Positions 1-9,409 of a DNA stretch of 64,000 bases are shown here, one piece after another. Both the position numbers and the translations under genes were made by a program. Location of the stretch: the NCBI GenBank assembly GCA_965231065.1, contig OZ246410.1:323046-387045 (forward strand). The letters are read 5' to 3'. The stretch comes from an uncultured Methanosarcinales archaeon (GTDB lineage Archaea > Nanobdellota > Nanobdellia > Woesearchaeales > UBA10107). Numbering within the stretch: position 1 is the first letter of the stretch; every line of letters begins with the position of its first letter. A model generated the notes under the pieces. That model made no database searches. It was given only the letters and a program-made list of their open reading frames with translations, and was not told the origin of the DNA.

Positions 1-836
1 GGATGAGGTGCTCTTCTATTTGGAAGATGACCGCAGGTCTGCCGTGCTTTTACTGCTGATTTCATCCATGCATCCAATCGTTCTTTTGTTGATGAATAGG
101 CGTTCAATTTGACAGTCTCTGTCTCCTTTCCGACATGTCGTTCCAATAACTGAGCTCCTTTCGCGATCGCCATCTGTACTGCTGATGTATCGTTCGGATC
201 TTCATGTGTTGAGAAACCAACAGGTACGTTATATCGGTGCCGTAAGAAATCAATCTGATTCAGTTGTAATTTATCATTTGGTGTCGGATACAGTGCGACA
301 CAATGCATCAGTGCGAAATCTTTTCCATTGCTTTCGAAAAGATGAGCGACATAATCGATGTCTTTCATGCTCGCACCTGCTGTTGAACAGACGATTGGTC
401 TTTGCGCTTTTGCAACCCGTTGCAATAATGGCTTATCTCGTGCTGAACAGCTTGCGATCTTGATGATGTCAAAACCATGTCTCTCGATAACATCCACGGA
501 ATTTTCATCAAACGGAGTACATGCAGTCAGTAATCCTAATTTTCTTGCTTCTTTGATGAGAATCTCGAATTCTTCCCACTTTAATCTGGTGCTCATGAAG
601 CGAGGGATGTGCTTGTTTGTCTTGTCGTTGACAAAATCAGGATGTACGAATGTATCTAGATCACGATATTGGAATTTGATAGCGACTTTCGCATTATTCG
701 CTTTCGCGACCTCGGCGACTTCTCTGATGATGTTAAGGCCATGCTCGACGCTACCTTGATGATTATTAGCCATATCAAGAATGAATAGGTCCTTGAATAT
801 AGGATTCCAACCTTTTTCTTCGAAGTTTTCAACCAT
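1..836 (-). CDS. Nonulosonic (sialic/legionaminic/pseudaminic) acid synthase, NeuB family; 3' end runs off the window start
   Basis: Minus-strand ORF open from the ATG at 834-836 to position 1; it is absent from the track because it has no in-window stop. My translation is MVENFEEKGWNPIFKDLFILDMANNHQGSVEHGLNIIREVAEVAKANNAKVAIKFQYRDL...GFSTHEDP...LERHVGKE. The NHxGS, KFQ, FSxHE and ERH motifs are those of the NeuB TIM-barrel family. Confidence 0.7.
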   Translation of the reverse strand, partial: MVENFEEKGWNPIFKDLFILDMANNHQGSVEHGLNIIREVAEVAKANNAKVAIKFQYRDLDTFVHPDFVNDKTNKHIPRFMSTRLKWEEFEILIKEARKLGLLTACTPFDENSVDVIERHGFDIIKIASCSARDKPLLQRVAKAQRPIVCSTAGASMKDIDYVAHLFESNGKDFALMHCVALYPTPNDKLQLNQIDFLRHRYNVPVGFSTHEDPNDTSAVQMAIAKGAQLLERHVGKETETVKLNAYSSTKERLDAWMKSAVKARQTCGHLPNRRAPH

Positions 837-916
837 CTAAACCCTTATCTTTTCTGACAATTCAACTATTTATAAAGTTTATACATGATAAGTCGGAAGT
901 CGTCATCATACGATGA

Positions 917-2302
917 CTACTTTGATGAAATTATTTCTTTTACAATACGTTCTGCAGTCTTGCCATCCGTGGGACCGACAATCATCTTGAGAAGCTCTTT
1001 TCTTCCAAGAGCGTACTTTTTTGGATTTGAAAGTCCTTCTTTCACTTCTTGCAGCAATTCTCCAGTTGTCTGTGCGAATGGAGATGCTTTGTATTCACGA
1101 ATATATCGTAAATGATCGAAGTCACAATGTGATCGTAGACTTTCAAGATACGGACGTGGAGGATTATCAAAATATACATTCACTGATGGTGTATCAAAAC
1201 ATGCTGCATCCAATGTCGAACTACCGCCTGGTGTTATCACTACTGATGAGAATTTCATCAAAGAACCCATGAAGAGATGGTCATCCCAATTCGGGTTCCA
1301 ACTCTTCGGCGGTTCTTTTCCTGTGAGATACCATTCAGGATAATTCATACGGACGTGTTTGTGTTTTTCGAAATTGTGATATTGTTTCCAATTTTTGACG
1401 CCAGGATGCGGTCTGATAACGACGATGGTATTGCTCGGTAGTTGTTTTGAATCGATGCCATTCAGTATCGTATCGACGATGACTTTCTCATTCTCTGTCG
1501 TCAGCCCCATGACATTCTGCGGTATGCCACCCACGTAGGTGATGACTGTCGCATCTGCAGGAATCTTCAGTCGTTTGTATAGCTCTTCTTTTGAGGGAAC
1601 CTCATTCTTGAAGTACGGATCGAACTGTGGAGCACCGACTGCATGCACAATTTTCTTCGGAATGTGATGTATGTGTGTACATTCTTCGATCTGCTTTGGA
1701 GCCCACACTAAAAACAAGTCCGGCATATACATCGGCACTCCTTTCGAAGTGAGATTATCCCAACTTCTGATAAAGGTGATGACCGGAATCTTATTCATCA
1801 ATGCATATTCAACATACGGCATATGGTCAAGCGTTATCATGTTGGTGGAAAACACTTTTTCGATGTCGTATTTCTTGAACAAATCACGTACTGCAGTTTT
1901 CTTTGTCATCCATGAGAGCGATCTGAGGAAACTTTGTAGTGCTTCTGATTTCAGCATCAATGCAAGTGTTCTTCGTGAATAATATCTGAATGGATTCTTT
2001 TGGATATCGCGATCGCGTTTTATCTTGAGACTCGATGTATTGACTCCTGGATATGCCGCAGAAGGGTAGATTGTCCGTGTCATACGAATGTGATCTATGG
2101 TGTCTTCATAAGTAGAAGGCTTGTACACGATTTCTAAATGTAGTCTCGGAAATTTCTTCTTCAGAAAATCAACCATCCAGTCAGCGCAGACAAGAACTAC
2201 CTCTGTTTTTTCAAGAAGTTTCTCAAGAACACCGGCATTGATGATATCTCTGTAAGCAGCTCCCTCTGTGCATATGACGAGTGTTTTACCCCTTTTTACC
2301 AT
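917..2302 (-). CDS. GT-B-fold glycosyltransferase-like protein; donor and acceptor unknown (possibly nonulosonic-acid or TagF/capsule-type transferase)
   Basis: 461-aa ORF. The C-terminal VITPGGSSTLDAACFDTPSVNVYFD segment resembles the GT-B nucleotide-sugar binding motif (xTHGGxGS). It sits directly beside the NeuB-like gene. Confidence 0.35.
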   Translation of the reverse strand: MVKRGKTLVICTEGAAYRDIINAGVLEKLLEKTEVVLVCADWMVDFLKKKFPRLHLEIVYKPSTYEDTIDHIRMTRTIYPSAAYPGVNTSSLKIKRDRDIQKNPFRYYSRRTLALMLKSEALQSFLRSLSWMTKKTAVRDLFKKYDIEKVFSTNMITLDHMPYVEYALMNKIPVITFIRSWDNLTSKGVPMYMPDLFLVWAPKQIEECTHIHHIPKKIVHAVGAPQFDPYFKNEVPSKEELYKRLKIPADATVITYVGGIPQNVMGLTTENEKVIVDTILNGIDSKQLPSNTIVVIRPHPGVKNWKQYHNFEKHKHVRMNYPEWYLTGKEPPKSWNPNWDDHLFMGSLMKFSSVVITPGGSSTLDAACFDTPSVNVYFDNPPRPYLESLRSHCDFDHLRYIREYKASPFAQTTGELLQEVKEGLSNPKKYALGRKELLKMIVGPTDGKTAERIVKEIISSK

Positions 2303-2349
2303 TGTTATAGAAGCCTCTGTTTCATTTATTAAGTTAATGGATGATTCAT

Positions 2350-3024
2350 TCAGCGCTTGGTTATCAGATAGATCCTGTTGTCTGCCAAGAGATCAGTATG
2401 CGGGATGTTGAACCGTATTAGAGGGAATTTGACAGGATACTTTACTAATTGTATCTCTGCGTTATTTCCGAAGTTTGCATACACCAATTTCTCTAGTAAT
2501 GCGTCGGTGATGTTCTGCAGATGATCATTTTTCTTCGTCACTAGTAAATTGTCGCCAGTGAATAAGAAAGATATTCTTCTTCTCAGATTTGAGATATTTG
2601 GTATCGTCATCAGGAACCATCCCTTTGGTTTCAATACTCTGTTGATCTCTTTCAATGCTGATGCAATATTCTCAAGATGTTCGATGACTTCGATCGCAAC
2701 AACACCGTCGACACTCTTATTTTTGAATGGAAGCGGTTCTCTTGAAAGATCGCATTGTTTGAATTTCTTCTTCAGTTCAGGATATGCAAGATAGTTGCCG
2801 ATGTCGACACAATTGATATCATTGAACCCCTGATCGAGCATCCATTTTGAGAAGTGACCGCCGCCAACACCAACCTCGACAATCTTGCTCGTGTTTGGTA
2901 TTGAATTGATAAATTTCTGGATGACCTTGAGCTGATTTGGACGCAGGCAGATCTCATGCTGATAGGCCATACTTTTCTCTTTTCTGTAGTTCTTTATTTT
3001 TTCATATGATATGTATTTGACCAT
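2350..3024 (-). CDS. Class I SAM-dependent methyltransferase
   Basis: VEVGVGGGHFS glycine-rich SAM motif I, and an acidic motif II (VDIGNY). Confidence 0.7.
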   Translation of the reverse strand: MVKYISYEKIKNYRKEKSMAYQHEICLRPNQLKVIQKFINSIPNTSKIVEVGVGGGHFSKWMLDQGFNDINCVDIGNYLAYPELKKKFKQCDLSREPLPFKNKSVDGVVAIEVIEHLENIASALKEINRVLKPKGWFLMTIPNISNLRRRISFLFTGDNLLVTKKNDHLQNITDALLEKLVYANFGNNAEIQLVKYPVKFPLIRFNIPHTDLLADNRIYLITKR

Positions 3025-4002
3025 TTATGCTCTCTTCTCTGTCAATCGTCTGTCGAGCAGCCATTTATTCTCCAATAAATATTTTACCGTGAGTTCAACT
3101 CCCTGCCTTATTGTTTTTTCTGACTTCCATCCTCTCTTCTTAAGTTTGGAACAGTCAAGGAATATGAACGGGCTGTCGCCGACCCATCCGCGTTCTCCGC
3201 CTGAATAAACTCTTTTTGGATTGACGTTGAGTGCTTTACAAATTGTATCTAATGATTCGTTAACACTGATGTATTCATCAGGACCAAGATTGAATATATT
3301 GACTTTATTTTCCTGTGTTGTTAAGATATTCCATATGGCTTTTACACAGTCTCCGATGTACAAGTAAGCTTTTCTTTGTTTACCATCCCCAAGCACTTTA
3401 ATTTCATTTGGATTTTTCAATAAGCTTGCGACAAAATCATAGACGTGACCATGACTGTACCGTTCTCCTAATATCGAGACGAATCTGAAGATGTACGCCT
3501 TCATGCCGAATCCTTCGGCGTATGCTGTGATGATCCCTTCGCTGGCGACTTTATTCGCTGCGTATAAGCTTGTCTGAGTAGGGAATGGACATGTTTCGGG
3601 AGTGGGGAATACATTCGGTTCTCCATAGACTGATCCTGTACTTGAGAACGCGAATTTTTTTACACCGGCCCGTCTTGATGCCTCAAGGACGTTGTAGGTG
3701 ACGATTGTTCCCTGTTCGATATCTTTTCTGGTATTCTGCAGTCCGAATCTGACATCAGCATTTGATGCGAGATGGATCACGATGTCCGGCTTTACTTCCA
3801 TCAATACTTTTTCAGTCTTATCAAAATCGAATAGATCGACCTCATGCAGCTTGAAGTTATTGTGCTGCAGTGCATTCTTCAGGAATTCTTTCTGTCCTGT
3901 AATAAAATTATCCGCGCCTACGACGGTCTGGCCATTATTCAGTAAGAAATCACAGAGATTGCTTCCGATGAATCCTGCTGCGCCAGTGACCAGTATCTTC
4001 AT
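3025..4002 (-). CDS. NAD-dependent nucleotide-sugar epimerase/dehydratase (extended SDR)
   Basis: MKILVTGAAGFIGSNLCDFLL Rossmann GxxGxxG motif, YxxxK (YAANK), 325 aa. Its start overlaps the stop of the MT gene; its stop overlaps the transaldolase start. Confidence 0.8.
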   Translation of the reverse strand: MKILVTGAAGFIGSNLCDFLLNNGQTVVGADNFITGQKEFLKNALQHNNFKLHEVDLFDFDKTEKVLMEVKPDIVIHLASNADVRFGLQNTRKDIEQGTIVTYNVLEASRRAGVKKFAFSSTGSVYGEPNVFPTPETCPFPTQTSLYAANKVASEGIITAYAEGFGMKAYIFRFVSILGERYSHGHVYDFVASLLKNPNEIKVLGDGKQRKAYLYIGDCVKAIWNILTTQENKVNIFNLGPDEYISVNESLDTICKALNVNPKRVYSGGERGWVGDSPFIFLDCSKLKKRGWKSEKTIRQGVELTVKYLLENKWLLDRRLTEKRA

Positions 4003-4709
4003 AACCTGAATCCTGCTTTTGTTGCGTCGTTGTAGAACATCTTCACCGTGTCAAGAGAGAAATCTTTCAGATCTTTCCCAAAACTTTCCATCTTCTTGAT
4101 CAAATCATCAGTGACTGTGATGATGTGGCAGCCGCATTCCTCTGCCTGGATGATATTGTAAGCCTCTCGTGAAGATGCCCATAATATCTTTGTATTTGGC
4201 TGATCCTTGAAAAGATCCACTGCATATTTCATGATCGGCACCGGATCCTGTCCTGCGTCAGCGATTCTTCCTGCGAAGACAGAGATGATGACATCATCAA
4301 TTGAACGGATGACTTTCTTTAGACCATCGATCTGCTCTTTGGTAAAGACAGCCGTAACATTCAACTTAACACCTTCTTTCAACAATTCTTCTATGAGTGG
4401 TATCGCAGAATATCCTTTGGTGTTTGTGATAGGAATTTTGACATTGACATATTCTCCCCACGTAGCGATCTTCGCCGCTTGCCGCTTCATCTCAGGGAAT
4501 TCATCTGAGAAGACTTCAAATGAGATCGGTCTGTTCGGAATCGCAGAGACAATATCTTTTGCAAATGCCTCGTAATCCTTGATCCCTGCCTTTGCCATCA
4601 ATGTAGGGTTGGTGGTAAATCCTTTTACCAAGCCTTCTTTGTATCTGTTGACCATATCGACTTTATTCGCTCCGTCTGCGTAGACGTGTATGTTTAGTTT
4701 TTTGTTCAT
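3999..4709 (-). CDS. tal: Transaldolase / fructose-6-phosphate aldolase family protein
   Basis: GFTTNPTL motif and a VNVKIP Schiff-base lysine region, 236 aa. Transaldolase produces sedoheptulose-7-P, the substrate of the adjacent GmhA. Confidence 0.65.
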   Translation of the reverse strand: MNKKLNIHVYADGANKVDMVNRYKEGLVKGFTTNPTLMAKAGIKDYEAFAKDIVSAIPNRPISFEVFSDEFPEMKRQAAKIATWGEYVNVKIPITNTKGYSAIPLIEELLKEGVKLNVTAVFTKEQIDGLKKVIRSIDDVIISVFAGRIADAGQDPVPIMKYAVDLFKDQPNTKILWASSREAYNIIQAEECGCHIITVTDDLIKKMESFGKDLKDFSLDTVKMFYNDATKAGFRL

Positions 4710-4722
4710 GGTGTATTCCTCC

Positions 4723-6039
4723 TCATATGAATAATGATTGTGCTTCTCTCAGATCTTTCTTTGTGTAATCTGGTTTGATGTTCTGGTAATCTTTCTCTTC
4801 TTTCCTGCCTGAACCGCCGCCTGAAGTCAATAAAACGGTTTTTACTCCTGCATTCTTACCGCAGGCGATGTCAGTCGGTGAATCGCCGATCATCCATGAT
4901 TGTGAAGCGTCGACATTGTTTTCCGCAATTGCTTTTAGTAGCAACCCCGGTTTTGGTTTTCTGCAGTCGCAGTCGATCTTGAGTTCTTTTACTTCGCCTG
5001 CGAATCCTTTTTCAGGGTGATGCGGGCAGAGATAGACTTTATCGATAGTCGCTCCTTTTGCTTCTAGGAGATTTTCTAATTTCTTATTGATGGTATCCAT
5101 TTCCTCAAAGGTACAAAATCCTTTCGCAACACAAGGCTGATTTGTGACGACGTACGTCTTGTAACCAGCTTCCCTGATCTTTCTGATGGCTTCTCCAGCA
5201 CCGCTGATCAATTCAAGTTGTTCTGGTTTTATGACGTCTCCGACATTCACATTTATCGTGCCATCCCTATCTAAGAATACGGCCCTGTTTTTCTCGAATA
5301 TATCTGTCTTGCCGGCTATTTCTTTTAGGAATTGTTCATATTTCTCGATCTTTCCTATTTCTCTGAAGAACTCATTGGTGACATAGCCATATATGCCTGA
5401 ATTGCTCTCAATTAATGAAGGAAACAGTTCTTTGGCGAAATCAAACTTTCTGTCTGATGGTATCTTGCTAAAGACGTTTTTGTTGAATGCATAGATTCCT
5501 GAATTATTATATCTTGCTTCCTGTTGATGATTCTGTCGCTGTTCTTCCGTCGGCCTTTCGATGAATGTTTTGACTCTATTTTCAAGATCCAGAGTGATTA
5601 TGCTTGTGCTTTTGTAATTCCGCGGCAACGGTCTCATACAGATTGTTGCCACACCTTTATTCTTTCTATGGGTTGCAAGAAACTTCTCAAAATCCATGTT
5701 GGTAAGGTTATCGCCGTAATATACTATGAAATCCTCGTCGCTGCCGATTAATGGTTCAGCAAGCTTTACGCTTCCGGCTGTGCCCATCAATTCCTTTGTT
5801 TCCTGCACGTATTGGATATTCAATCCGAATTTCTTGCCGTCTTTGAAGTAATCCTTTACTTTGTCAGCAAGATGCGCTACGCAGAAGATAATGTCTTTCA
5901 TATCATGTTTCTTGAAGAACTCAAGCTGATGCTGTATGAGTGGTTTTCCATTGATGTCGATCAAGCATTTAGGTATCTCTTCGGTGATCGGTCGCATCCG
6001 CGTCGCAAGTCCGCCCGCAACAATAACTATCTTTGTCAT
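4723..6039 (-). CDS. Bifunctional D-glycero-alpha-D-manno-heptose-1-phosphate guanylyltransferase (HddC-like, N-terminal) / D,D-heptose-1,7-bisphosphate phosphatase (GmhB-like, C-terminal)
   Basis: The N-terminus GAGGLATRMRPITEEIPKCLIDINGKPLI is a sugar-1-P nucleotidyltransferase signature. The C-terminus FLDRDGTIN is the HAD/GmhB motif I, with the CPHHP...CDCRKPKPG zinc-binding insert typical of GmhB. Confidence 0.7.
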   Translation of the reverse strand: MTKIVIVAGGLATRMRPITEEIPKCLIDINGKPLIQHQLEFFKKHDMKDIIFCVAHLADKVKDYFKDGKKFGLNIQYVQETKELMGTAGSVKLAEPLIGSDEDFIVYYGDNLTNMDFEKFLATHRKNKGVATICMRPLPRNYKSTSIITLDLENRVKTFIERPTEEQRQNHQQEARYNNSGIYAFNKNVFSKIPSDRKFDFAKELFPSLIESNSGIYGYVTNEFFREIGKIEKYEQFLKEIAGKTDIFEKNRAVFLDRDGTINVNVGDVIKPEQLELISGAGEAIRKIREAGYKTYVVTNQPCVAKGFCTFEEMDTINKKLENLLEAKGATIDKVYLCPHHPEKGFAGEVKELKIDCDCRKPKPGLLLKAIAENNVDASQSWMIGDSPTDIACGKNAGVKTVLLTSGGGSGRKEEKDYQNIKPDYTKKDLREAQSLFI

Positions 6040-6675
6040 TTACTTTCGGATCTGGACTCCCTGTTCGTGAGCTTTTGTATGCTGCGCAATTCGCTCCATC
6101 AGTCCAAAGACAATACCATGTGTCAAGACACCATGTAATCCTTCGACATGTGGCGTGGAATCAGCAGGCAATATGATGCCGATATCAGATAGTTTTGCCA
6201 TCGGACCACCGTCAAAGCCTGAGAATCCGATTGATTTTCCGCCGTGGTCTTTTACATATTGTATTGCCTTAAGAATGTTCTGTGACCATGCTCCTGCTTT
6301 CTCTCCGCCAGAACCGCCATGGACACTGAATGCGACAATAAGATCGCCAGGCTGAAAGAATGTTTTCAGTTGTCCTGTGTATAGTTCACTCCAGCCACCA
6401 TCATTGACCCATGCACTGACTAGTGGAATGTTATCTGATAGTGGAATCGCTCGTATTCCTTTGTGATCGCCGACCATGATTGTTTTTGCCAAGTCAGCTG
6501 CGAAATGAGTCGCATTTGATGCGCTGCCGCCGTTGCCGATGACGAATACCTGTCTGTTATTTTTCCAAGCATCGAATAACAATTCAATTGCCTGGTTCAT
6601 CTTATTCTGATCTACTCTGTCCAATGCAGCATGTGCATCGACCATATATTGTTTGATATAATTTTTGTTTGGCAT
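6040..6675 (-). CDS. gmhA: Phosphoheptose isomerase (sedoheptulose-7-P isomerase), SIS domain
   Basis: VFVIGNGGSASNATHFAADL SIS motif. Start trimmed to MPNKNY at 6675, which has a GGAGGG RBS 8 nt upstream; the track's N-terminal extension would overlap HddA. Confidence 0.75.
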   Translation of the reverse strand: MPNKNYIKQYMVDAHAALDRVDQNKMNQAIELLFDAWKNNRQVFVIGNGGSASNATHFAADLAKTIMVGDHKGIRAIPLSDNIPLVSAWVNDGGWSELYTGQLKTFFQPGDLIVAFSVHGGSGGEKAGAWSQNILKAIQYVKDHGGKSIGFSGFDGGPMAKLSDIGIILPADSTPHVEGLHGVLTHGIVFGLMERIAQHTKAHEQGVQIRK

Positions 6676-6688
6676 AGTTTCAACCCTC

Positions 6689-7675
6689 CTAACCATTGAA
6701 TAAGACTTTTGTCCCTTCGAAATCAAATCTGAACGGTGTCTCGACAAGACCTTCCGCTTTCATGGATTCCTTAAATTTCTTCTGATTGTTATCGCAATAG
6801 AATAAGAAGAATCCGCCGCCGCCTGCTCCCATGATTTTTCCGCCGATAGCGCCGTTCTGCAGCGCGGTTCCGTATATTTTATCTATTCGTGAATCTGACA
6901 TCTTGTCAGATAATTTTTTCTTGGTCTCCCAATGAACATTCATCCATTCGCCGAATCTTCTTGCGTTGCTTGATTCCAGTGCTTTCTTGATCTCATTCCC
7001 TATCTCTTTGATCTGATGAAGACCTTCGATACCTTTGCTTGGATCCTTCTGCGCTGTTTCAGTCTGGTTCTTTAGAACTTCTTCGGCGCTTCTTTGTACG
7101 CCGGTGTAGAACATGAAGCAGTTCTGTTCCAGATCGTTCATAGTCTCTTCGTTGATGGTGACGTTGTTCACCATCGTTGAACCGTTCTTTGCGATCGTGA
7201 AATGCTTGATACCACCAAATGCAGCGATATACTGATCTTGCTTACCGCATGATTCCTTCAGAATATCCATCTGGATCTTTGACGCTTCTTCAGCGATAGT
7301 CTGATGAGAAACAAAATCTCTTTTGAAAATATGCAATGCCTGAAGCAAAGCAACTAAGAATGTTCCTGAACTGCCCAATCCTGAATTCGCAGGAACATCG
7401 GCGTATGAAACAATTTCAACACCTTTGTTGATATTTAGCAGTTTTAGTGCTTCCCTGAATAAGGGATGTTTGATATCGTTAACGTTGTCAACTTCTTCTA
7501 CTTGTGAATATTTTACTCTTATCTTATCTAAGAATTTTGATTCATGGAGAACGACATATACGTATTTGTTTATCGCTGCACTGATGAATGAACCCTTATG
7601 CTGAGAATAGTAGTATGGCAGATCAGTTCCGCCTCCTCCAATCGGTATGCGCAATGGCGCTCGTACAACAATCAT
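6689..7675 (-). CDS. hddA: GHMP sugar kinase, D-glycero-D-manno-heptose 7-phosphate kinase (HddA-like)
   Basis: PANSGLGSSGT GHMP ATP-binding motif, 328 aa, inside the heptose gene set. Confidence 0.65.
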   Translation of the reverse strand: MIVVRAPLRIPIGGGGTDLPYYYSQHKGSFISAAINKYVYVVLHESKFLDKIRVKYSQVEEVDNVNDIKHPLFREALKLLNINKGVEIVSYADVPANSGLGSSGTFLVALLQALHIFKRDFVSHQTIAEEASKIQMDILKESCGKQDQYIAAFGGIKHFTIAKNGSTMVNNVTINEETMNDLEQNCFMFYTGVQRSAEEVLKNQTETAQKDPSKGIEGLHQIKEIGNEIKKALESSNARRFGEWMNVHWETKKKLSDKMSDSRIDKIYGTALQNGAIGGKIMGAGGGGFFLFYCDNNQKKFKESMKAEGLVETPFRFDFEGTKVLFNG

Positions 7676-7749
7676 ATCTTAAACACCAAACTAAGATTTC
7701 TAACTTGTTATATATAAAGGTTTCTTAGAAAGGCTTAAAAATAGGAACA

Positions 7750-8820
7750 TTGGAAGATTTTAAAAACACCAAATTAATACGACTATATATGGAGAAGGGC
7801 AGAGATGAAGAGCGAGTTTGTTTTGTTTTCTGGGATCCTCATTCAATTCATAAAACATGGGCGGAATCTGTTGATGCAAAACCATATTCGTTTGTGCCTT
7901 TCAATTCTAGTGGAATTTCAAAAATAATAAAGTCAAATGGTGTTTTACTACATTTCTTTGCAATATTAAAGTCTCTATTTTTCCTTCCAGAGGCAGACGT
8001 ATACTTGATGGAATCACCAATGATGATCACTGCCCTATTTTTTAAAACATTGTTTTCAAATAAAAAAAAGGTATTTGCAATAGTTTCAGACCCTTTCTTT
8101 TTTGTATTCAATGATTTTAATTCACCAACTAGGTATATTTTCAAACTCTTAATTAAGAGAATTGATGGGTATTTTGCAACCAGTGATATGATGGCCAAAT
8201 ATATAAGTAAAATTGTTAGAGATCCAAAATATGAGATTACAACTCCTTACATTGCTCCCTCTTATCTAAAAATCAATGCAGATTTATCCAGCAAAAATGC
8301 TTGTTTTATTGGACCGCACTTAAACGAACAGAAGGGTGTTGATCTACTTATTGATTCTTTCTCTGTTCTTCCAAATCAGGAACAAAGACAACTTTATCTG
8401 ATTGGCGATGCCCAACAGAAAATTATCGAGAAAAAACAAAGTGAAAAAGTCAACATCCGAATTACGGGTCGGGTTCCAGATCCGGGAATTTATTTGCAGA
8501 AGTGTGGTTTATATTTAAATCTTGCAAGGCTTGAGCCAGCTGGCAGTAATATTTTGGAAGCGATGGCTGCAGGTATTCCTCCAATTGTGTCAGATATGTG
8601 TGGTCTTGCTCCTGAAGTAAGAAGAATAGACCGTAGGTTAATTGTTTCGGCAACAAATAAAAAACAGATAATTAAAGCGGTTGATTGGCTAGAAAACACA
8701 GCTGATCGGAATTTATTAAGTAAAAAGGCAAAGGCAATTGCTAGGTCGTTTACTAAAGAAAATAGCATAGTTGATTTCAGAAATAAATTCAATAAGTTGA
8801 ATCGTGCAGTTTCTATTTAA
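7750..8820 (+). CDS. GT4-family (GT-B) glycosyltransferase
   Basis: The C-terminal EPAGSNILEAMAAGIPPIVSD segment is the GT4 E-x7-E region. The gene is strongly AT-richer than its neighbours and lies on the opposite strand. Confidence 0.7.
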   Translation: MEDFKNTKLIRLYMEKGRDEERVCFVFWDPHSIHKTWAESVDAKPYSFVPFNSSGISKIIKSNGVLLHFFAILKSLFFLPEADVYLMESPMMITALFFKTLFSNKKKVFAIVSDPFFFVFNDFNSPTRYIFKLLIKRIDGYFATSDMMAKYISKIVRDPKYEITTPYIAPSYLKINADLSSKNACFIGPHLNEQKGVDLLIDSFSVLPNQEQRQLYLIGDAQQKIIEKKQSEKVNIRITGRVPDPGIYLQKCGLYLNLARLEPAGSNILEAMAAGIPPIVSDMCGLAPEVRRIDRRLIVSATNKKQIIKAVDWLENTADRNLLSKKAKAIARSFTKENSIVDFRNKFNKLNRAVSI

Positions 8821-9346
8821 CCAATGTGACTTCAAGTTCTGTCGCAGGTGTCAATGTCCTCATGAACGTATCTTCATACAGTGGGAAGAACAATTTAATG
8901 AATAGTTGTGAGACCCATGTCAACGGAAAGTATTTGTAGAATCCGCCGAAGTGAACATCAACTGTAACTTTCCTGAATACAGGCGTCCACCAATCCAATT
9001 CAGACTTCTTATCTAAAATAGTAAATGAAGATATCGCGAAATAATGTTTGTGCTGCCACGAAGAGAATGCCAGGCTATGACCGAAATAAGGAACCTTTAT
9101 TGTTAATTTTCCACCCGGTTTCAATATTCGGTGTAGTTCAGTCAAGCACTTATCAGGATCGTTCAGATGCTCGATGACGTGGCTGCAATAGATCTCATCG
9201 GCGTAATTACTCTTAAACTTGTACGGATACTTATTCAGATCCTGTTTCACATCAATGCCTTTGAAGTTAAACACATCGACATTGATGTATCCGGCCATAG
9301 GCCTCGGTCCGCAGCCAAAATTGACCTTGATTTTTGCCATATCCAT
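8813..9346 (-). CDS. Class I SAM-dependent methyltransferase
   Basis: VNFGCGPRP motif I and ILKPGGKL motif post-II; 177 aa. Confidence 0.7.
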   Translation of the reverse strand: MDMAKIKVNFGCGPRPMAGYINVDVFNFKGIDVKQDLNKYPYKFKSNYADEIYCSHVIEHLNDPDKCLTELHRILKPGGKLTIKVPYFGHSLAFSSWQHKHYFAISSFTILDKKSELDWWTPVFRKVTVDVHFGGFYKYFPLTWVSQLFIKLFFPLYEDTFMRTLTPATELEVTLVK

Positions 9347-9409
9347 GATGAACGTACTTGGTTTTTAAATATATCTCAGCTATCGTGCGAATAATTTATA
9401 AAGCCAATT

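Noticed and set aside
6676-6747. N-terminal extension of the GmhA ORF (MSRHRSDLISKGQKSYSMVRRVET...) overlapping the 3' end of hddA by 59 nt
   Set aside because: The internal ATG at 6675 has a GGAGGG RBS 8 nt upstream and yields a normal-length SIS protein; the extension has no RBS and would overlap the upstream gene.
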